Shown in pieces: positions 8,651 to 18,979 of a DNA stretch of 64,000 bases; the first letter of the stretch is position 1, and each line of letters opens with the position of its first letter. Under the pieces are notes generated by a model. It saw only the letters and a list, made by a program, of their open reading frames with translations. It did not search any database and had not been told where the DNA came from. Origin of the DNA: a bacterium (GTDB lineage: Bacteria; Vulcanimicrobiota; Vulcanimicrobiia; Vulcanimicrobiales; Vulcanimicrobiaceae); the NCBI GenBank assembly GCA_021794175.1, contig JAJYRI010000004.1, positions 667 through 64,666 on the forward strand, in the 5' to 3' direction. Position numbers and translations under genes: made by a program.

Positions 8651-10459
8651 CTACGATGGGATGCGTTCGCGAAATTGCGTGCGATAGAGCCGCGCGTAAA
8701 CGCCGTCACGCGCCAGGAGCTCTTCATGCGATCCGGATTCCACGATGCGCCCGCCTTCGACGACAAAGATCGTGTCGGCGTTGACGACCGTCGAAAGGCG
8801 GTGGGCGATGACCATGCTCGTCCGCCCACGCATCAGTCGTTCGAGCGCGCTCTGAATCGCCGCTTCGTTCTCGGAATCGAGCGCGGAGGTCGCTTCGTCG
8901 AGGATTAAAATGCGTGGGTTCTTTAACAGGACGCGCGCGATCGCAAGCCGTTGACGCTCGCCCCCCGAAAGTTTGTGCCCCCGCTCGCCGACCACGGTTT
9001 CGTATCCCTGCGGCAGCGTTTCGATAAAGTCGTGGATATTGGCGGCTCGCGCGGCTTCGTGGATCTCGTCGAGCGTTGCATCGGGGCGCGAATAGCGTAG
9101 GTTCGCGATAATCGTATCGTGGAAGAGATAGGTCTCTTGCGTGACGATGCCGATGTTCTCCCGGAGCGATTCGAGGCCGACGTTGGCAATATCGTGCCCG
9201 TCGACGAAGATATGCCCTTCGGAGATATTGTAAAAACGCGGCAGCAACTGCGTGATCGTCGTTTTCCCGGCACCGGAGGGGCCGACGAATGCCGCGATCT
9301 TGCCGGCCGGAATCGTAAAATCAATCCCGTGCAGAATTTGGTCGCGGCCCTCATAGGAGAACGATACGTTCTGGAACACGATGTCGCCGCGAAGCGCCCC
9401 GAGCGCAATCGCGTCGGGTGCGTCATAACGCTCGGTCTTCATATCCAAATAGTCGAAGATACGTTCGAAGACCGCAAGCGCGCTCACGATCTGCACCTGT
9501 ATGCCGACGAGCGCCGCCGCAGGGCCGTAGAGACGCCCCTGAATGTAGCCGATGAAGGCAACGATAACGCCGACGTCGAGGGCGCCCTGCAGCGCGAGCC
9601 AGCCGCCGCCGAGCCAAACGATGGCCGGCCCCACGACGACCATCGCCGTTACCGAGGCGATGAACCAGCGGCCGATCATCGCTAGGCGGATCTCGAGATC
9701 CATCAACTGGGTCCCGACTTTGTAGAACCGCGAACGCTCGTAGCTCTCGCGCACGAACGATTTAATGAGCGTAATTCCCGATATCGAGAGCGTCTCTTGC
9801 GTGATCGACTCAATACGGTCGCGTTGCTCGCGCGTACGCTTGCGGACGTCGTACATCTTGCGTCCGACCGGCCCGAGCGGCAGCACCATAAACGGAACGA
9901 CGATCGTCGAAATCAACGCGAGTCGCCAATTCCAGATCAGCATCGCAATGAGGGTGGTCGAGATCATGACGATGTTGGTAACGATCGTCGTCAGCGTTCC
10001 GGTGACGACGCCGTCGACGTTATCGACATCGCTCGAAACACGATTCATGATCTCGCCGGTTTTCGTCGCGGTGAAGAACGAGAGCGGCATGCGGTGCAGG
10101 TGCGAAACCAGGCTCGTCCGCAGATCGCGCATGATCCCTTCGCCGACCATCGAGTTGAAGTATCCCTGCGCGACGCCGAGCGCCATCGAAAGGACCGCGG
10201 CCGCCAAAATGTAGCCGACATCGACCGTGAGTTCGTGGAAGCTGTGGTGCGGTAGCGCGGAATCGATGATCCGAGCGGTCATATATCCCGGGACGAGGCC
10301 GACGATCGCGCTAAAAACGATGATGACGAAGACCAGCGACTGCTGCTTCCAGTACGGCGAGAAGAGCGAACGTATCCGGCGCCAATCGATGCGTCGGCGA
10401 ACGCGAGGTTTCTCCGGGTCGTACATGTTCGACCACATGAGTCCGTGCCCGGACATCAT
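8651..10459 (-). CDS. ABC transporter permease/ATP-binding protein (MsbA/ABCB-type exporter)
   Basis: Six-TM N-terminal domain. Walker A GPSGAGKTT, signature LSGGERQR, Walker B ILILDEATSALD. Confidence 0.9.
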   Translation of the reverse strand: MMSGHGLMWSNMYDPEKPRVRRRIDWRRIRSLFSPYWKQQSLVFVIIVFSAIVGLVPGYMTARIIDSALPHHSFHELTVDVGYILAAAVLSMALGVAQGYFNSMVGEGIMRDLRTSLVSHLHRMPLSFFTATKTGEIMNRVSSDVDNVDGVVTGTLTTIVTNIVMISTTLIAMLIWNWRLALISTIVVPFMVLPLGPVGRKMYDVRKRTREQRDRIESITQETLSISGITLIKSFVRESYERSRFYKVGTQLMDLEIRLAMIGRWFIASVTAMVVVGPAIVWLGGGWLALQGALDVGVIVAFIGYIQGRLYGPAAALVGIQVQIVSALAVFERIFDYLDMKTERYDAPDAIALGALRGDIVFQNVSFSYEGRDQILHGIDFTIPAGKIAAFVGPSGAGKTTITQLLPRFYNISEGHIFVDGHDIANVGLESLRENIGIVTQETYLFHDTIIANLRYSRPDATLDEIHEAARAANIHDFIETLPQGYETVVGERGHKLSGGERQRLAIARVLLKNPRILILDEATSALDSENEAAIQSALERLMRGRTSMVIAHRLSTVVNADTIFVVEGGRIVESGSHEELLARDGVYARLYRTQFRERIPS

Positions 10460-10830
10460 GACGGGATGGTCGATTCATGGAGCGTCACTTTATTGCCCTC
10501 GGGATCTGCGAACGAACCGAGTTTACAGACCGGCGTTACGTGGATCTCTTCGGTCGCGATGCCGCGAGCGCGCAGGCTCGCGAAAGCCGACTCGATATCG
10601 GCGACCTCGAACGCTATCGAGGCACAACTGCCCGGCGCGACCCCCATCCAGGCGGTCGTCATCAACGAAAAATAGCCGTTGCCGACGCGCGCTTCGCAAT
10701 AGAGGGCGACGCCGTCCTCGACGTACGGTTCGGCGAACTCGATGCCGAGCGATTCGGAATAAAAGCGCGCCAACGCGGCGACGTCGGCGGCCGGATAGGC
10801 TGTAAAAGCAATCTCCTTGAGCTCGATCAT
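10456..10830 (-). CDS. VOC (glyoxalase/bleomycin-resistance/dioxygenase) family protein
   Basis: 124 aa with a size and beta-alpha-beta-beta-beta-like pattern typical of VOC proteins. Its stop overlaps the ABC start (ATGA). Confidence 0.6.
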   Translation of the reverse strand: MIELKEIAFTAYPAADVAALARFYSESLGIEFAEPYVEDGVALYCEARVGNGYFSLMTTAWMGVAPGSCASIAFEVADIESAFASLRARGIATEEIHVTPVCKLGSFADPEGNKVTLHESTIPS

Positions 10831-10839
10831 GCCGGTCGT

Positions 10840-11856
10840 TTACTTCTTCCCGTTACGCAGATTCTTGAGATCGCGGAAGAGTTTGCGCTCTTTGTCGGTG
10901 AGGTTTTGCGGTAGCTGCCCGATGAGGCGGACGTATTGATCTCCGTTGCCGCCGCCCTTGACGTGCGGCATCCCTTTGCCGGTCAAACGCAGCAAGCGAT
11001 TGTTTTGCGTTCCTTCGGGAATCGTCATCGCAACGTTTCCCCCCATCGTCGGCACCTGAACTTCGGCACCTAAGACGAGATCGTAGAGGTCGACAGGAAG
11101 GTCGACGTAGAGATCGTCGCCCTTGCGTTTATAGCGCGCATCGTCGATGGTCTTCACGATCAAAAACAGGTCGCCGTTGGGCGCACCACCGGTGCCCGCG
11201 CCGCCCTGAGCCGCGAGGCGGATACGTTGACCGTCGCCGATGCCGCGCGGAATCGAGATCTCGAATTTTTTCGTATTGAGCGTGCGACCCGTCCCGTGGC
11301 AAGCTACGCAGAGGCGACCGTTCTCCGTCCCCGTGCCGCGGCAGCGAGGGCAACTATCTTCGAGTTGTAGCGAGATCGATTTCTTGCCGCCCTCGTAGAT
11401 GTCGTGCAGCGAAAGCTCGATGGTCGTTTCCATATCCTGTCCGCGAGCAGCGGTCGGGGCCGGGCCGGTCGGCCCACGCCGACCGACTCCGGAGAAAAAC
11501 ATATCGAAGAAATCCGAAAACCCGCTCGTTCCCGCCCCGGCGCCCATATTGGGGCCGAAACCGAAGTCGTATTGCGCGGAACCCTGTTGCGTCCGATAGC
11601 GCCGTTGCTGCTCCGCCTGTCGCGCCGCCTGCTGCCAATCGCTTCCGAGTGCGTCGTACTTCCGACGCTTTTCGGTGTCGCCGAGAACTTCATAGGCTTC
11701 GGAGATCTCCTTAAATTTCTCTTCGGCGGCCTTCGCGTTGCCGGGATTCGCGTCGGGGTGCCATTTACGTGCGAGGCGGCGATAGGCGGACTTGATGTCC
11801 TTCTCGGGAGCGCCCTTCGGGACGCCGAGAACGGCGTAGTAGTCCTTGTAATTCAT
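10840..11856 (-). CDS. dnaJ: molecular chaperone DnaJ (short form with only two CxxCxGxG motifs)
   Basis: J domain YYAVLGV...HPD. G/F-rich region. CPRCRGTG and CVACHGTG. C-terminal substrate-binding domains. Confidence 0.85.
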   Translation of the reverse strand: MNYKDYYAVLGVPKGAPEKDIKSAYRRLARKWHPDANPGNAKAAEEKFKEISEAYEVLGDTEKRRKYDALGSDWQQAARQAEQQRRYRTQQGSAQYDFGFGPNMGAGAGTSGFSDFFDMFFSGVGRRGPTGPAPTAARGQDMETTIELSLHDIYEGGKKSISLQLEDSCPRCRGTGTENGRLCVACHGTGRTLNTKKFEISIPRGIGDGQRIRLAAQGGAGTGGAPNGDLFLIVKTIDDARYKRKGDDLYVDLPVDLYDLVLGAEVQVPTMGGNVAMTIPEGTQNNRLLRLTGKGMPHVKGGGNGDQYVRLIGQLPQNLTDKERKLFRDLKNLRNGKK

Positions 11857-12359
11857 TGATGCTTCGCAACGAGCACTTTCGCCGGTCGGAGGAGATCGTC
11901 GCCGAGGCGATATCCTTTCTCCGCGACTTCGACGACGGTATCGTCGGCTTGTCCGTCGATCGCTGCGACCGTTCCGATCGCCTCGGCAACGTGAGGATCG
12001 AAGGGTTGCCCCTTGACGTTGACCGCGCTGATGCCTTCGGAGGAAAGGACGGCCTCGAAGCCGCGTAACGTGCCTTCGACTCCGCTACGAAGCGCCTCGC
12101 CGCCGGCGGGAACCGCAAGTGCGCGTTCGAGATTATCGAGCACCGGAAGTAAACGCCCGAAAAGGCGACGCCGATGCTCGACGATGCGTTGCTCGATATC
12201 GCGCTGAACGCGCCGCTTGTAATTTTCGAAGTCAGCCATCGCGAGCAAAAACTTATTGTAATTTTCGTCGGCGCGGGCGTTTGCTTTGGAGAGCTCGCTC
12301 TCCGCTTGCGCGCCGTCTTCGCGTACGTCGACGGGATCGTTGAGCAGATCGTTATCCAT
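11853..12359 (-). CDS. grpE: nucleotide exchange factor GrpE
   Basis: NYKRRVQRD...PFDPHVAEAI...GYRLGDDLLRPAKVLV. Sits between dnaK and dnaJ. Confidence 0.9.
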   Translation of the reverse strand: MDNDLLNDPVDVREDGAQAESELSKANARADENYNKFLLAMADFENYKRRVQRDIEQRIVEHRRRLFGRLLPVLDNLERALAVPAGGEALRSGVEGTLRGFEAVLSSEGISAVNVKGQPFDPHVAEAIGTVAAIDGQADDTVVEVAEKGYRLGDDLLRPAKVLVAKHQ

Positions 12360-12417
12360 GGGTGCGTCTATCTCTACTTCTTTTTATAATGTTGAGCGCA
12401 TGAAAAGACGGCGGGAG

Positions 12418-12451
12418 GTGAGGGCGGTCGCCGCGTACGGCTCGCCCTCAC
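12418..12451 (-). other. GC-rich compound stem-loop between dnaK and grpE (possible partial terminator or processing site)
   Basis: gtgagggcg (12418-12426) pairs with cgccctcac (12443-12451), with an inner gccg/cggc stem. The minus-strand T-run lies about 11 nt downstream, so it is not a canonical terminator. Confidence 0.3.
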
Positions 12452-12472
12452 TCCACCCGCGAGTACCGGAGG

Positions 12473-14326
12473 CTACTTCGCTTCCTTGAACTCGGCGTCG
12501 ATGACATCGTCGGGCGTGGCGTTCGCCGCGCCGTTGGATGCCTGACCGTTCGCGGATTCGGCACCGGGGGCTTCGCCGTCGGGCGACGCTCCGGTGCTCT
12601 TGTAGAGCAGCTCGGCCATCTTGTAGCTCGCGCTCTGCAATTTCTCGATCGCCGCCTTGATCTCGGTGGCCGCGCCGTTCTCGCTGAGCTTCTTCAATTC
12701 GGCGAGAGCGCTCTCGACTTCACCGCGTGCGGTTGCGTCGAGTTTCTCTCCGACCTCCTTGAGCGATTTCTCGGTCGAGTAAATCAAGCTCGATGCGGTA
12801 TTGCGGACCTCCGCCTCCTCGCGCTTCGCCTTGTCGGCGGCCGCTTGTAGTTCGGCGTCCTTAACCATCCGCTCGACTTCCTCTTTATTGAGGTTGGTCG
12901 ATGCGGTGATCGTGATCTGCTGTTCCTTACCGGTACCGAGATCTTTCGCACCGACGTTGACGATGCCGTTGGCGTCGATATTGAAGGTTACTTCGATCTG
13001 CGGTACGCCGCGGGGCGCCGGCGGAAGTCCCTCGAGCCGGAAGCGGCCCAAGGTCTTGTTGTCGCCGGCCATCGGACGTTCGCCTTGGAGAATGTGGATA
13101 TCCACGCTCGTTTGGCCGTCCTCCGCGGTGGTGAAGACCTGCGATTTCTTCGTCGGGATCGTCGTGTTCCGTTCGATCAGCGTCGTCATGACGCCGCCCA
13201 TCGTTTCGAGACCCAGCGAGAGCGGGGTAACGTCGAGAAGCACGACATCGCGGACTTCGCCGGAGAGAACGCCGGCTTGAATCGCCGCACCGACCGCGAC
13301 GACTTCGTCGGGGTTCACGGTGAGATTCGGGTCTTTGCCGGTGAGCTTGCGGACGAGTTCAAGAATGACGGGCATGCGGGTCGATCCGCCGACCATCACC
13401 ACTTCGTCGATCTGCGAGATATCGATCTTCGCATCGGCGAGTGCGCTCTTGAACGGATTGATGCAGCGATCGGTGAGGTCGCTCGTGATCTCTTCGAACT
13501 TCGCGCGCGTCAGCGTGTATTCGAGATGCTTGGGCCCGTCGGCATCGGCGGTGATAAAGGGGAGGTTGATCGTCGTTTGCACGACCGCCGAGAGTTCGAT
13601 CTTTGCTTTTTCCGCGGCTTCGGTGAGGCGTTGCATCGCCTGCTTATCCTTGGAGAGATCGATGCCCTGATCTTTGCGGAATTCACCGACGATCCACTCG
13701 ACGACGCGATGATCGTAGTCATCACCGCCGAGACGGGTGTCGCCGTTGGTCGATTTCACTTCGAAGACGCCGTCCCCGACTTCGAGGATGGAGACGTCGA
13801 AGGTGCCGCCGCCGAGATCCCATACCAGAATCGTTTCGTTGCCCTTTTTGTCGAGCCCGTAGGCCAGCGCTGCAGCGGTCGGCTCGTTGATGATCCGGAG
13901 CACTTCGAGCCCCGCGATCTTTCCGGCATCTTTCGTCGCTTGACGCTGCGCGTCGTTGAAATAGGCGGGTACCGTAATCACCGCCTGCGTGACGCGTTCG
14001 CCGAGATAGTTGCTCGCGTCGTTGACGAGCTTTTGCAAAACCATCGCCGAGATCTCTTGCGGGGTGTAATCCTTGCCGTCGATCTTGACGCGATAGTCGC
14101 CCTCACCCATATGGCGTTTGATCGAAGAGATCGTGCGCTCCGGGTTGGTGACCGCTTGACGTTTTGCGAGCTGTCCGACGAGACGCTCGCCGGTTTTCGA
14201 GAAGGCCACGACCGACGGAGTCGTACGCGAGCCTTCCGAGTTTGCGATAACGGTGGGCGAGTTGCCCTCCATTACGGCGACGACCGAGTTGGTCGTGCCG
14301 AGGTCGATTCCGACCACTTTAGCCAT
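12473..14326 (-). CDS. dnaK: molecular chaperone DnaK (Hsp70)
   Basis: [14 protein letters not shown]..., [18 protein letters not shown]. Full-length Hsp70. Confidence 0.97.
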   Translation of the reverse strand: MAKVVGIDLGTTNSVVAVMEGNSPTVIANSEGSRTTPSVVAFSKTGERLVGQLAKRQAVTNPERTISSIKRHMGEGDYRVKIDGKDYTPQEISAMVLQKLVNDASNYLGERVTQAVITVPAYFNDAQRQATKDAGKIAGLEVLRIINEPTAAALAYGLDKKGNETILVWDLGGGTFDVSILEVGDGVFEVKSTNGDTRLGGDDYDHRVVEWIVGEFRKDQGIDLSKDKQAMQRLTEAAEKAKIELSAVVQTTINLPFITADADGPKHLEYTLTRAKFEEITSDLTDRCINPFKSALADAKIDISQIDEVVMVGGSTRMPVILELVRKLTGKDPNLTVNPDEVVAVGAAIQAGVLSGEVRDVVLLDVTPLSLGLETMGGVMTTLIERNTTIPTKKSQVFTTAEDGQTSVDIHILQGERPMAGDNKTLGRFRLEGLPPAPRGVPQIEVTFNIDANGIVNVGAKDLGTGKEQQITITASTNLNKEEVERMVKDAELQAAADKAKREEAEVRNTASSLIYSTEKSLKEVGEKLDATARGEVESALAELKKLSENGAATEIKAAIEKLQSASYKMAELLYKSTGASPDGEAPGAESANGQASNGAANATPDDVIDAEFKEAK

Positions 14327-14526
14327 GAAGTTTTACCTCGTTGATGTGATGTGAACCCCGAGTGCGCCCTGGACCAGCTTGATCGGGCGATCGAGCGGTC
14401 GAGCCGAGGCGCGCGCACATTCGAGGTTGGTGTGCGCGTCGCGACGATCCGGCGACGCTCCGATCGTTCGACGACGCCTTGCCGCTTACGAACGAATTCG
14501 GGCTTGGTTGCCTGCCCCATAGTACA

Positions 14527-14557
14527 ACAAGGAGCGGCAATTTGTTCCGCTCCTTGT
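14527..14557 (-). terminator. stem-loop terminator after the HtrA gene
   Basis: Perfect 11-bp stem acaaggagcgg (14527-14537) pairing with ccgctccttgt (14547-14557) and a 9-nt loop. On the minus strand it is followed by TGTTGTACT, a weak U-tract. Confidence 0.5.
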
Positions 14558-14614
14558 AACAGCAGGTAGTCCCTTTTGGGTTGCGCTCGTCTCCGGGCGC
14601 AGGCGGGTTGCCGG

Positions 14615-15811
14615 TTAGGGAACCGTACCCGCGGTCGCCGGACGCTCGGTCAACGTTACGGCGGCGAACTTCTTGAGGCCCTGTGCCCAGAGATCGATCC
14701 GGACGACGGTCCCGGGCTTCTTGCCGGCGATATATTTCACCAGATCTTGGCTCTTGGTGAAGCTTTTCCCATCGACCTGGAGGATCACATCCCCCGGCTC
14801 GATCCCCGCTTTATCGGCGGGCGATCCCGGAACGACGGCGATGACCGCGATGCCGTTGGGGCCCGATGGATAGCCGATCTGGTTGCGGAGTCCCGGGGTG
14901 AGGTCGGCTGGTTGAATGCCGATATAGCCTTCGTTCGTGCCCTGGGTGATACCGGGATGGGCGAGCATCTCGGCGACGACGCGCTGGACCGTATTCGCCG
15001 GGATCGCAAAGCCGATGCCCTGGGCGTAGGCGGATTTCACGGTCGACTGGTTGATGCCGATCACCTTGCCGTGGTCGTCGATGAGCGGACCGCCGGAGTT
15101 CCCGGGGTTAATCGGCGCCGAGGTTTGGAGAAGCCCCTTGAAATCGATCGTCTGCCCGCTCTCGTTCTGAATCGGCTCGTTGCGGTTGAAGGCCGAGACG
15201 ATGCCGAGCGTGACGGTCCACTGGAGATCGAGCGGCTCGCCGATCGCGATCGCCCACTGTCCCTGCTCGACGCGGTCGAAGTTCGCAAACTGCAACGGCG
15301 GTGGGAGCTTCTTATAACCGTCGACGCGGATGATCGCGAGATCGGCGCCGATGTTCTCCGCGACGACGTGCGCCGGCACGTGAGCGCCGTCGGCGAAGAT
15401 CACCGTGAGTTTGGTGATGTTTCCGCCTTGGGGAGGAGTGACGACGTGAGCGTTCGTCACGATATCGCCCTTCGTGTCGTAGACGAAGCCCGAACCCGAC
15501 GCCTTCCCTTTATAGGGCTCCTCGACGCCGGGGCCGCCCTGACCGAAGAAACCTTGGAAGAACGGCACGACGCGCTGGCCGTTGACGTCGAGTTGAATGG
15601 CGACGACCGAGGGTTTCGTCCGTTTGACCGCCGAGACGATGCGATCTTGGTCGCTAATTCCTTGGAGCGGTGCTGCGGAGACCGCGGGAAGCGAGTGGTT
15701 CGGCCCGGCGACGCCGGCGAAATGCGTGCTGGCGTAGAGCATCATCAGGAAGCTGCCGACGCTTGCTCCGACGAGAGCGATGATGAGGGTAGGGAGAACG
15801 CGTTGTTTCAC
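14615..15811 (-). CDS. HtrA/DegP-family (S1C) serine protease with a C-terminal PDZ domain
   Basis: TM anchor LPTLIIALVGASVGSFLMMLY. TNAHVV (His), DLAII (Asp), GNSGGPL (Ser). PDZ GSPADKAGIEPGDVI. Start set at GTG 15811, because the track start at 15961 overlaps the upstream ATPase gene. Confidence 0.8.
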   Translation of the reverse strand: MKQRVLPTLIIALVGASVGSFLMMLYASTHFAGVAGPNHSLPAVSAAPLQGISDQDRIVSAVKRTKPSVVAIQLDVNGQRVVPFFQGFFGQGGPGVEEPYKGKASGSGFVYDTKGDIVTNAHVVTPPQGGNITKLTVIFADGAHVPAHVVAENIGADLAIIRVDGYKKLPPPLQFANFDRVEQGQWAIAIGEPLDLQWTVTLGIVSAFNRNEPIQNESGQTIDFKGLLQTSAPINPGNSGGPLIDDHGKVIGINQSTVKSAYAQGIGFAIPANTVQRVVAEMLAHPGITQGTNEGYIGIQPADLTPGLRNQIGYPSGPNGIAVIAVVPGSPADKAGIEPGDVILQVDGKSFTKSQDLVKYIAGKKPGTVVRIDLWAQGLKKFAAVTLTERPATAGTVP

Positions 15812-15845
15812 AGTTGCATATACTCCATGCTGTGGAGAAGGCTCG

Positions 15846-16589
15846 TTACGATTGAGGGATTGCCTCTCGTGGAACGATGGAACCTTCCGAAAAGTGCCCG
15901 CGCGCCGTCGGCTTGTCGGAGAGAACGAGGCCGTCGCGCAGGCGCACGACGCGATTCGCACGCTCGGCGACCTCCTCGTCGTGCGTCACGATCACGATCG
16001 TGCGCCCGGAGCGATGGAGGGTTTCAAAGAGTCCGAGAATCTCCTCGCTCGTCGTGGTGTCGAGATTGCCGGTCGGCTCGTCGGCGAGCAGGACCGCGGG
16101 GTTGTTGATCAGCGCGCGGGCGATGGCGACCCGCTGCTGCTGGCCGCCTGAGAGTTCGCTGGGGCGATGGTGCGCGCGATCTGCGAGCCCGACCTCGGCG
16201 AGCGCGCGCACCGCGCGTTCCCGACGTTCCTTCGGCGAGACCTTCGCGTAGAAGAGCGGCAACGAAACGTTTTTCAGTGCATCGGTTCGCGGCAGCAGAT
16301 TGAAGCCTTGGAAGATGAAGCCGAGTTTTTCCAAGCGGATCTTCGCCAACGCGCGGTCGTCGAGTGCTGAGACGTCGATTCCGTCGAGTCGGTAATTGCC
16401 CGAGGTCGGACGGTCCAGGCATCCGATGACGTTCATGAGGGTCGACTTTCCCGATCCCGACGGGCCCATGACCGCGACGTACTCGCCGCGCTCGATGCGC
16501 AGCGAGACGCCGCGCAACGCCTGTACTTCGATCGTGCCTGTCTTATAGGTTTTGACGATCTCTTGGAGATCGATGGCGATGTCATTCAT
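15846..16589 (-). CDS. ABC transporter ATP-binding protein (MacB/LolD-type)
   Basis: Start at ATG 16589 (MNDIAIDLQEIVKTYK). Walker A GPSGSGKST, LSGGQQQRVAIARAL, LLADEPTGNLD. Confidence 0.9.
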   Translation of the reverse strand: MNDIAIDLQEIVKTYKTGTIEVQALRGVSLRIERGEYVAVMGPSGSGKSTLMNVIGCLDRPTSGNYRLDGIDVSALDDRALAKIRLEKLGFIFQGFNLLPRTDALKNVSLPLFYAKVSPKERRERAVRALAEVGLADRAHHRPSELSGGQQQRVAIARALINNPAVLLADEPTGNLDTTTSEEILGLFETLHRSGRTIVIVTHDEEVAERANRVVRLRDGLVLSDKPTARGHFSEGSIVPREAIPQS

Positions 16590-17790
16590 AACGTAAGGCC
16601 TCGATGGGATCGACCGATGCCGCGCGGATCGCAGGCAGCGTGCCGAAGAGTAGGGTGACGACCGTAGCAAAGAGCGTTGCGAGCAAAATCGCTTGCGTCC
16701 AGGGTAAGGCGGCGATCGTTCCGGAGATACGGGCGATGAATATCTGTTGTGCGAGTTCACCGATTCCCAGCCCGGCGAGCATTCCTACCAACGAACCGCT
16801 AAACGCGAGTACGAACGCTTCGACGAAGAATTGAATGAGGATCGTTGCCCGCGAGGCGCCGATTGCACGCCGAATGCCGATCTCGCGCGTGCGCTCGCTG
16901 ACCGATACGAAGAGAATGTTCATGATGCCGATGCCGGCGACCAGGAGCGAGATCGCGCCGACCGCGCTGACGATCGTGCCGACGACGCCGAAGAAGCCGT
17001 CGATCTGTTTGGTGAAGAAACCGAAATCGAACGTCTGGTAGATCGATCCCCCGTGCGCGTCGGAGAGCACGCGCTTTGCATTGGCCTCCAACGTCGCTAA
17101 ATCCGCATCGCGGCTACCTAATACTTGGATACCGAAGAGCGGTCTTCCGCGTTGATAGTCGTTGTAGAACGTCGTATAGGGAATAACGACATCGTTATTG
17201 ATGTCGAAGCCCAACGAGGCAGTGGAGAGCGTCGCCGGGCCGAGCACGCCGACGACGACGTAACGTTTCGGTCCGACGTAGACCGACTGCCCCAGAACCG
17301 TCTCCGGGTCGGCGGCATGGGGGAAGAGACGATCGTAGGCCTTCGAAGAGAGAACGCAGACGGGGGTCGCGTTTTCGACGTCGGCACGCGTAATTGCATG
17401 TCCGGCGACGACGGGTGCGGTGCTGAAACGACGGTAGGATTCGCCGCCGAATTTCAGCATGATGTGCTGGTGCCCGGCGCTGACGATCGTCCGTGTTTGT
17501 CCGAATGGGATGGCGGTCTCCACGCCCGGGACGTTTCGATCGAGTAACGTGAGATCCGAGAGTCCGAGATTGGCACGTTGGGTGCTGCCTTGCGTCGATT
17601 TCGGAAAGATGTAGAACGTGTTCATGTTGATGCCGCGAAATGCGCCGTTGACTGCAGCGGCCATACCGGCTGCCGCGACTTGGATCGAGATAATCGCAGC
17701 GACCCCGACGACGAGCCCGACGAGCGTTAGCACGGTGCGGGTGAGGTTCGCCTGCATAAGCTCGAGCGTTTCGCGAATATAATCGAGCAC
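16582..17790 (-). CDS. ABC transporter permease (MacB_PCD + FtsX family)
   Basis: N-terminal TM, a large periplasmic domain, and a C-terminal FtsX 3-TM bundle with VSERTREIGIRRAIGA. Confidence 0.85.
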   Translation of the reverse strand: MLDYIRETLELMQANLTRTVLTLVGLVVGVAAIISIQVAAAGMAAAVNGAFRGINMNTFYIFPKSTQGSTQRANLGLSDLTLLDRNVPGVETAIPFGQTRTIVSAGHQHIMLKFGGESYRRFSTAPVVAGHAITRADVENATPVCVLSSKAYDRLFPHAADPETVLGQSVYVGPKRYVVVGVLGPATLSTASLGFDINNDVVIPYTTFYNDYQRGRPLFGIQVLGSRDADLATLEANAKRVLSDAHGGSIYQTFDFGFFTKQIDGFFGVVGTIVSAVGAISLLVAGIGIMNILFVSVSERTREIGIRRAIGASRATILIQFFVEAFVLAFSGSLVGMLAGLGIGELAQQIFIARISGTIAALPWTQAILLATLFATVVTLLFGTLPAIRAASVDPIEALRYE

Positions 17791-17791
17791 G

Positions 17792-18979
17792 TCAGCTCCG
17801 CAACGCGATCACCGGATCGAGCTTTCCGGCGCGTATCGCCGGGTAGGCGCCGAAACCGATGCCGATGCCGATGGTGAAGAAGGCGGCAATCGAGAGCACG
17901 AGTGCCCACGGGACGGGCGCGCTTCCGGCAAAATGGACGATGCTTCCCTGGAGCGCGAGCACGATGAGTACGCCGAAGATCGTGCCGATCGCGCCGCCGA
18001 TGATCGAGAGTATCGTTGCTTCGATCAGGAATTGAAAGGAAATATCGCCGGAGCTCGCGCCGATTGATTTGCGGATACCGATCTCACGGGTCCGTTCGTT
18101 CACCGAAACCAACATGATGTTCATGATGCCGATGCCGGCGACGCAGAGGGCGATACCGCCGATGAAGGTGATGCCGATACCGATGCCGCCGAGGACGTGC
18201 GAGAAAATGCCGAGCGATTTTGCTTGATCTTGCACCGTGTATTTCGCGTGCGGGCCGTGAATGCTCTGCAACGCGGCGATCGCCGCGGCGCTGACCTTTT
18301 TCGATGGGACTCCCGGCGCGGAATAGAAAATAATGCCGTCGATTGGACCGGGAGCGATTCGGTGCATCGTCGTGTAGGGGACGTATATAGCGTCGCCGAC
18401 CGCGCTGCTGAGCAAGCTTCCCGTCGCGTCGAAAACCCCGACGATGCGCAGGCGGGCATTGCCCACCGATATGCTTCTGCCGACCGGGTCTTCGTGCGGA
18501 AAGAGCGTTTTGCGCGCCTCCTTCGAGATCATCGCGACGTTCGCCGAGGCCAAGACGTCGTTATGGTCGAGCTTTCGGCCTTCGAGAATCACCATGGCGT
18601 TATCGCCCTTATCGGTGCCGTGGAGTTGCGGATAATGGGTTTTCCCGCCGACGTTGACGGGAAACGGCCGACCGAAATAGCCCGCGTAGGCCGAGCTGAT
18701 TGCACCGTTACTCCGGGCAACGAAGCGGGCGACGTCGCGGTAATAGAGCGTTGCCGCAAGCGGATTATCTGACGAACGGTCGACGAAAACGACCCACCCG
18801 ACCGAATCGGCGTTCCCAAGTGACTTCTCTAAGCCGCGGGCACCCGCTTGGCTCAGGCCGAGAACCGCGATCGTCGACGCAATGCCGATGATCGTGCCGA
18901 GCAGCGAGAGCGCCGAACGAAGGCGATTGCGCCAGAGCGAGGCAAGGGCTTCTTCGATGTAGGCCGCGAGAACGCTCAC
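17792..18979 (-). CDS. ABC transporter permease (MacB_PCD + FtsX family), paralogue of the downstream permease
   Basis: Same architecture, with VNERTREIGIRKSIGA. Confidence 0.85.
   Translation of the reverse strand: MSVLAAYIEEALASLWRNRLRSALSLLGTIIGIASTIAVLGLSQAGARGLEKSLGNADSVGWVVFVDRSSDNPLAATLYYRDVARFVARSNGAISSAYAGYFGRPFPVNVGGKTHYPQLHGTDKGDNAMVILEGRKLDHNDVLASANVAMISKEARKTLFPHEDPVGRSISVGNARLRIVGVFDATGSLLSSAVGDAIYVPYTTMHRIAPGPIDGIIFYSAPGVPSKKVSAAAIAALQSIHGPHAKYTVQDQAKSLGIFSHVLGGIGIGITFIGGIALCVAGIGIMNIMLVSVNERTREIGIRKSIGASSGDISFQFLIEATILSIIGGAIGTIFGVLIVLALQGSIVHFAGSAPVPWALVLSIAAFFTIGIGIGFGAYPAIRAGKLDPVIALRS

Noticed and set aside
13085-14344. 419-aa ORF on the plus strand, antisense to dnaK
   Set aside because: It lies entirely inside the unambiguous dnaK gene. 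Its Arg/Asp/Gly-rich composition is typical of mirror-frame ORFs in high-GC DNA, and there is no SD. The long antisense ORF in hsp70 genes is a well-known artefact.
14503-14522. CTTGGTT...CCCCAT resembling the sigma-32 -35/-10 consensus, upstream of dnaK
   Set aside because: It is on the wrong strand for dnaK. The two boxes are only 5 nt apart instead of 13-17.
14576-16108. 510-aa plus-strand ORF antisense to the HtrA and ABC-ATPase genes
   Set aside because: It spans two well-supported minus-strand genes and their intergenic gap. Composition is Arg/Asp-rich and low in complexity, with no recognisable domain.
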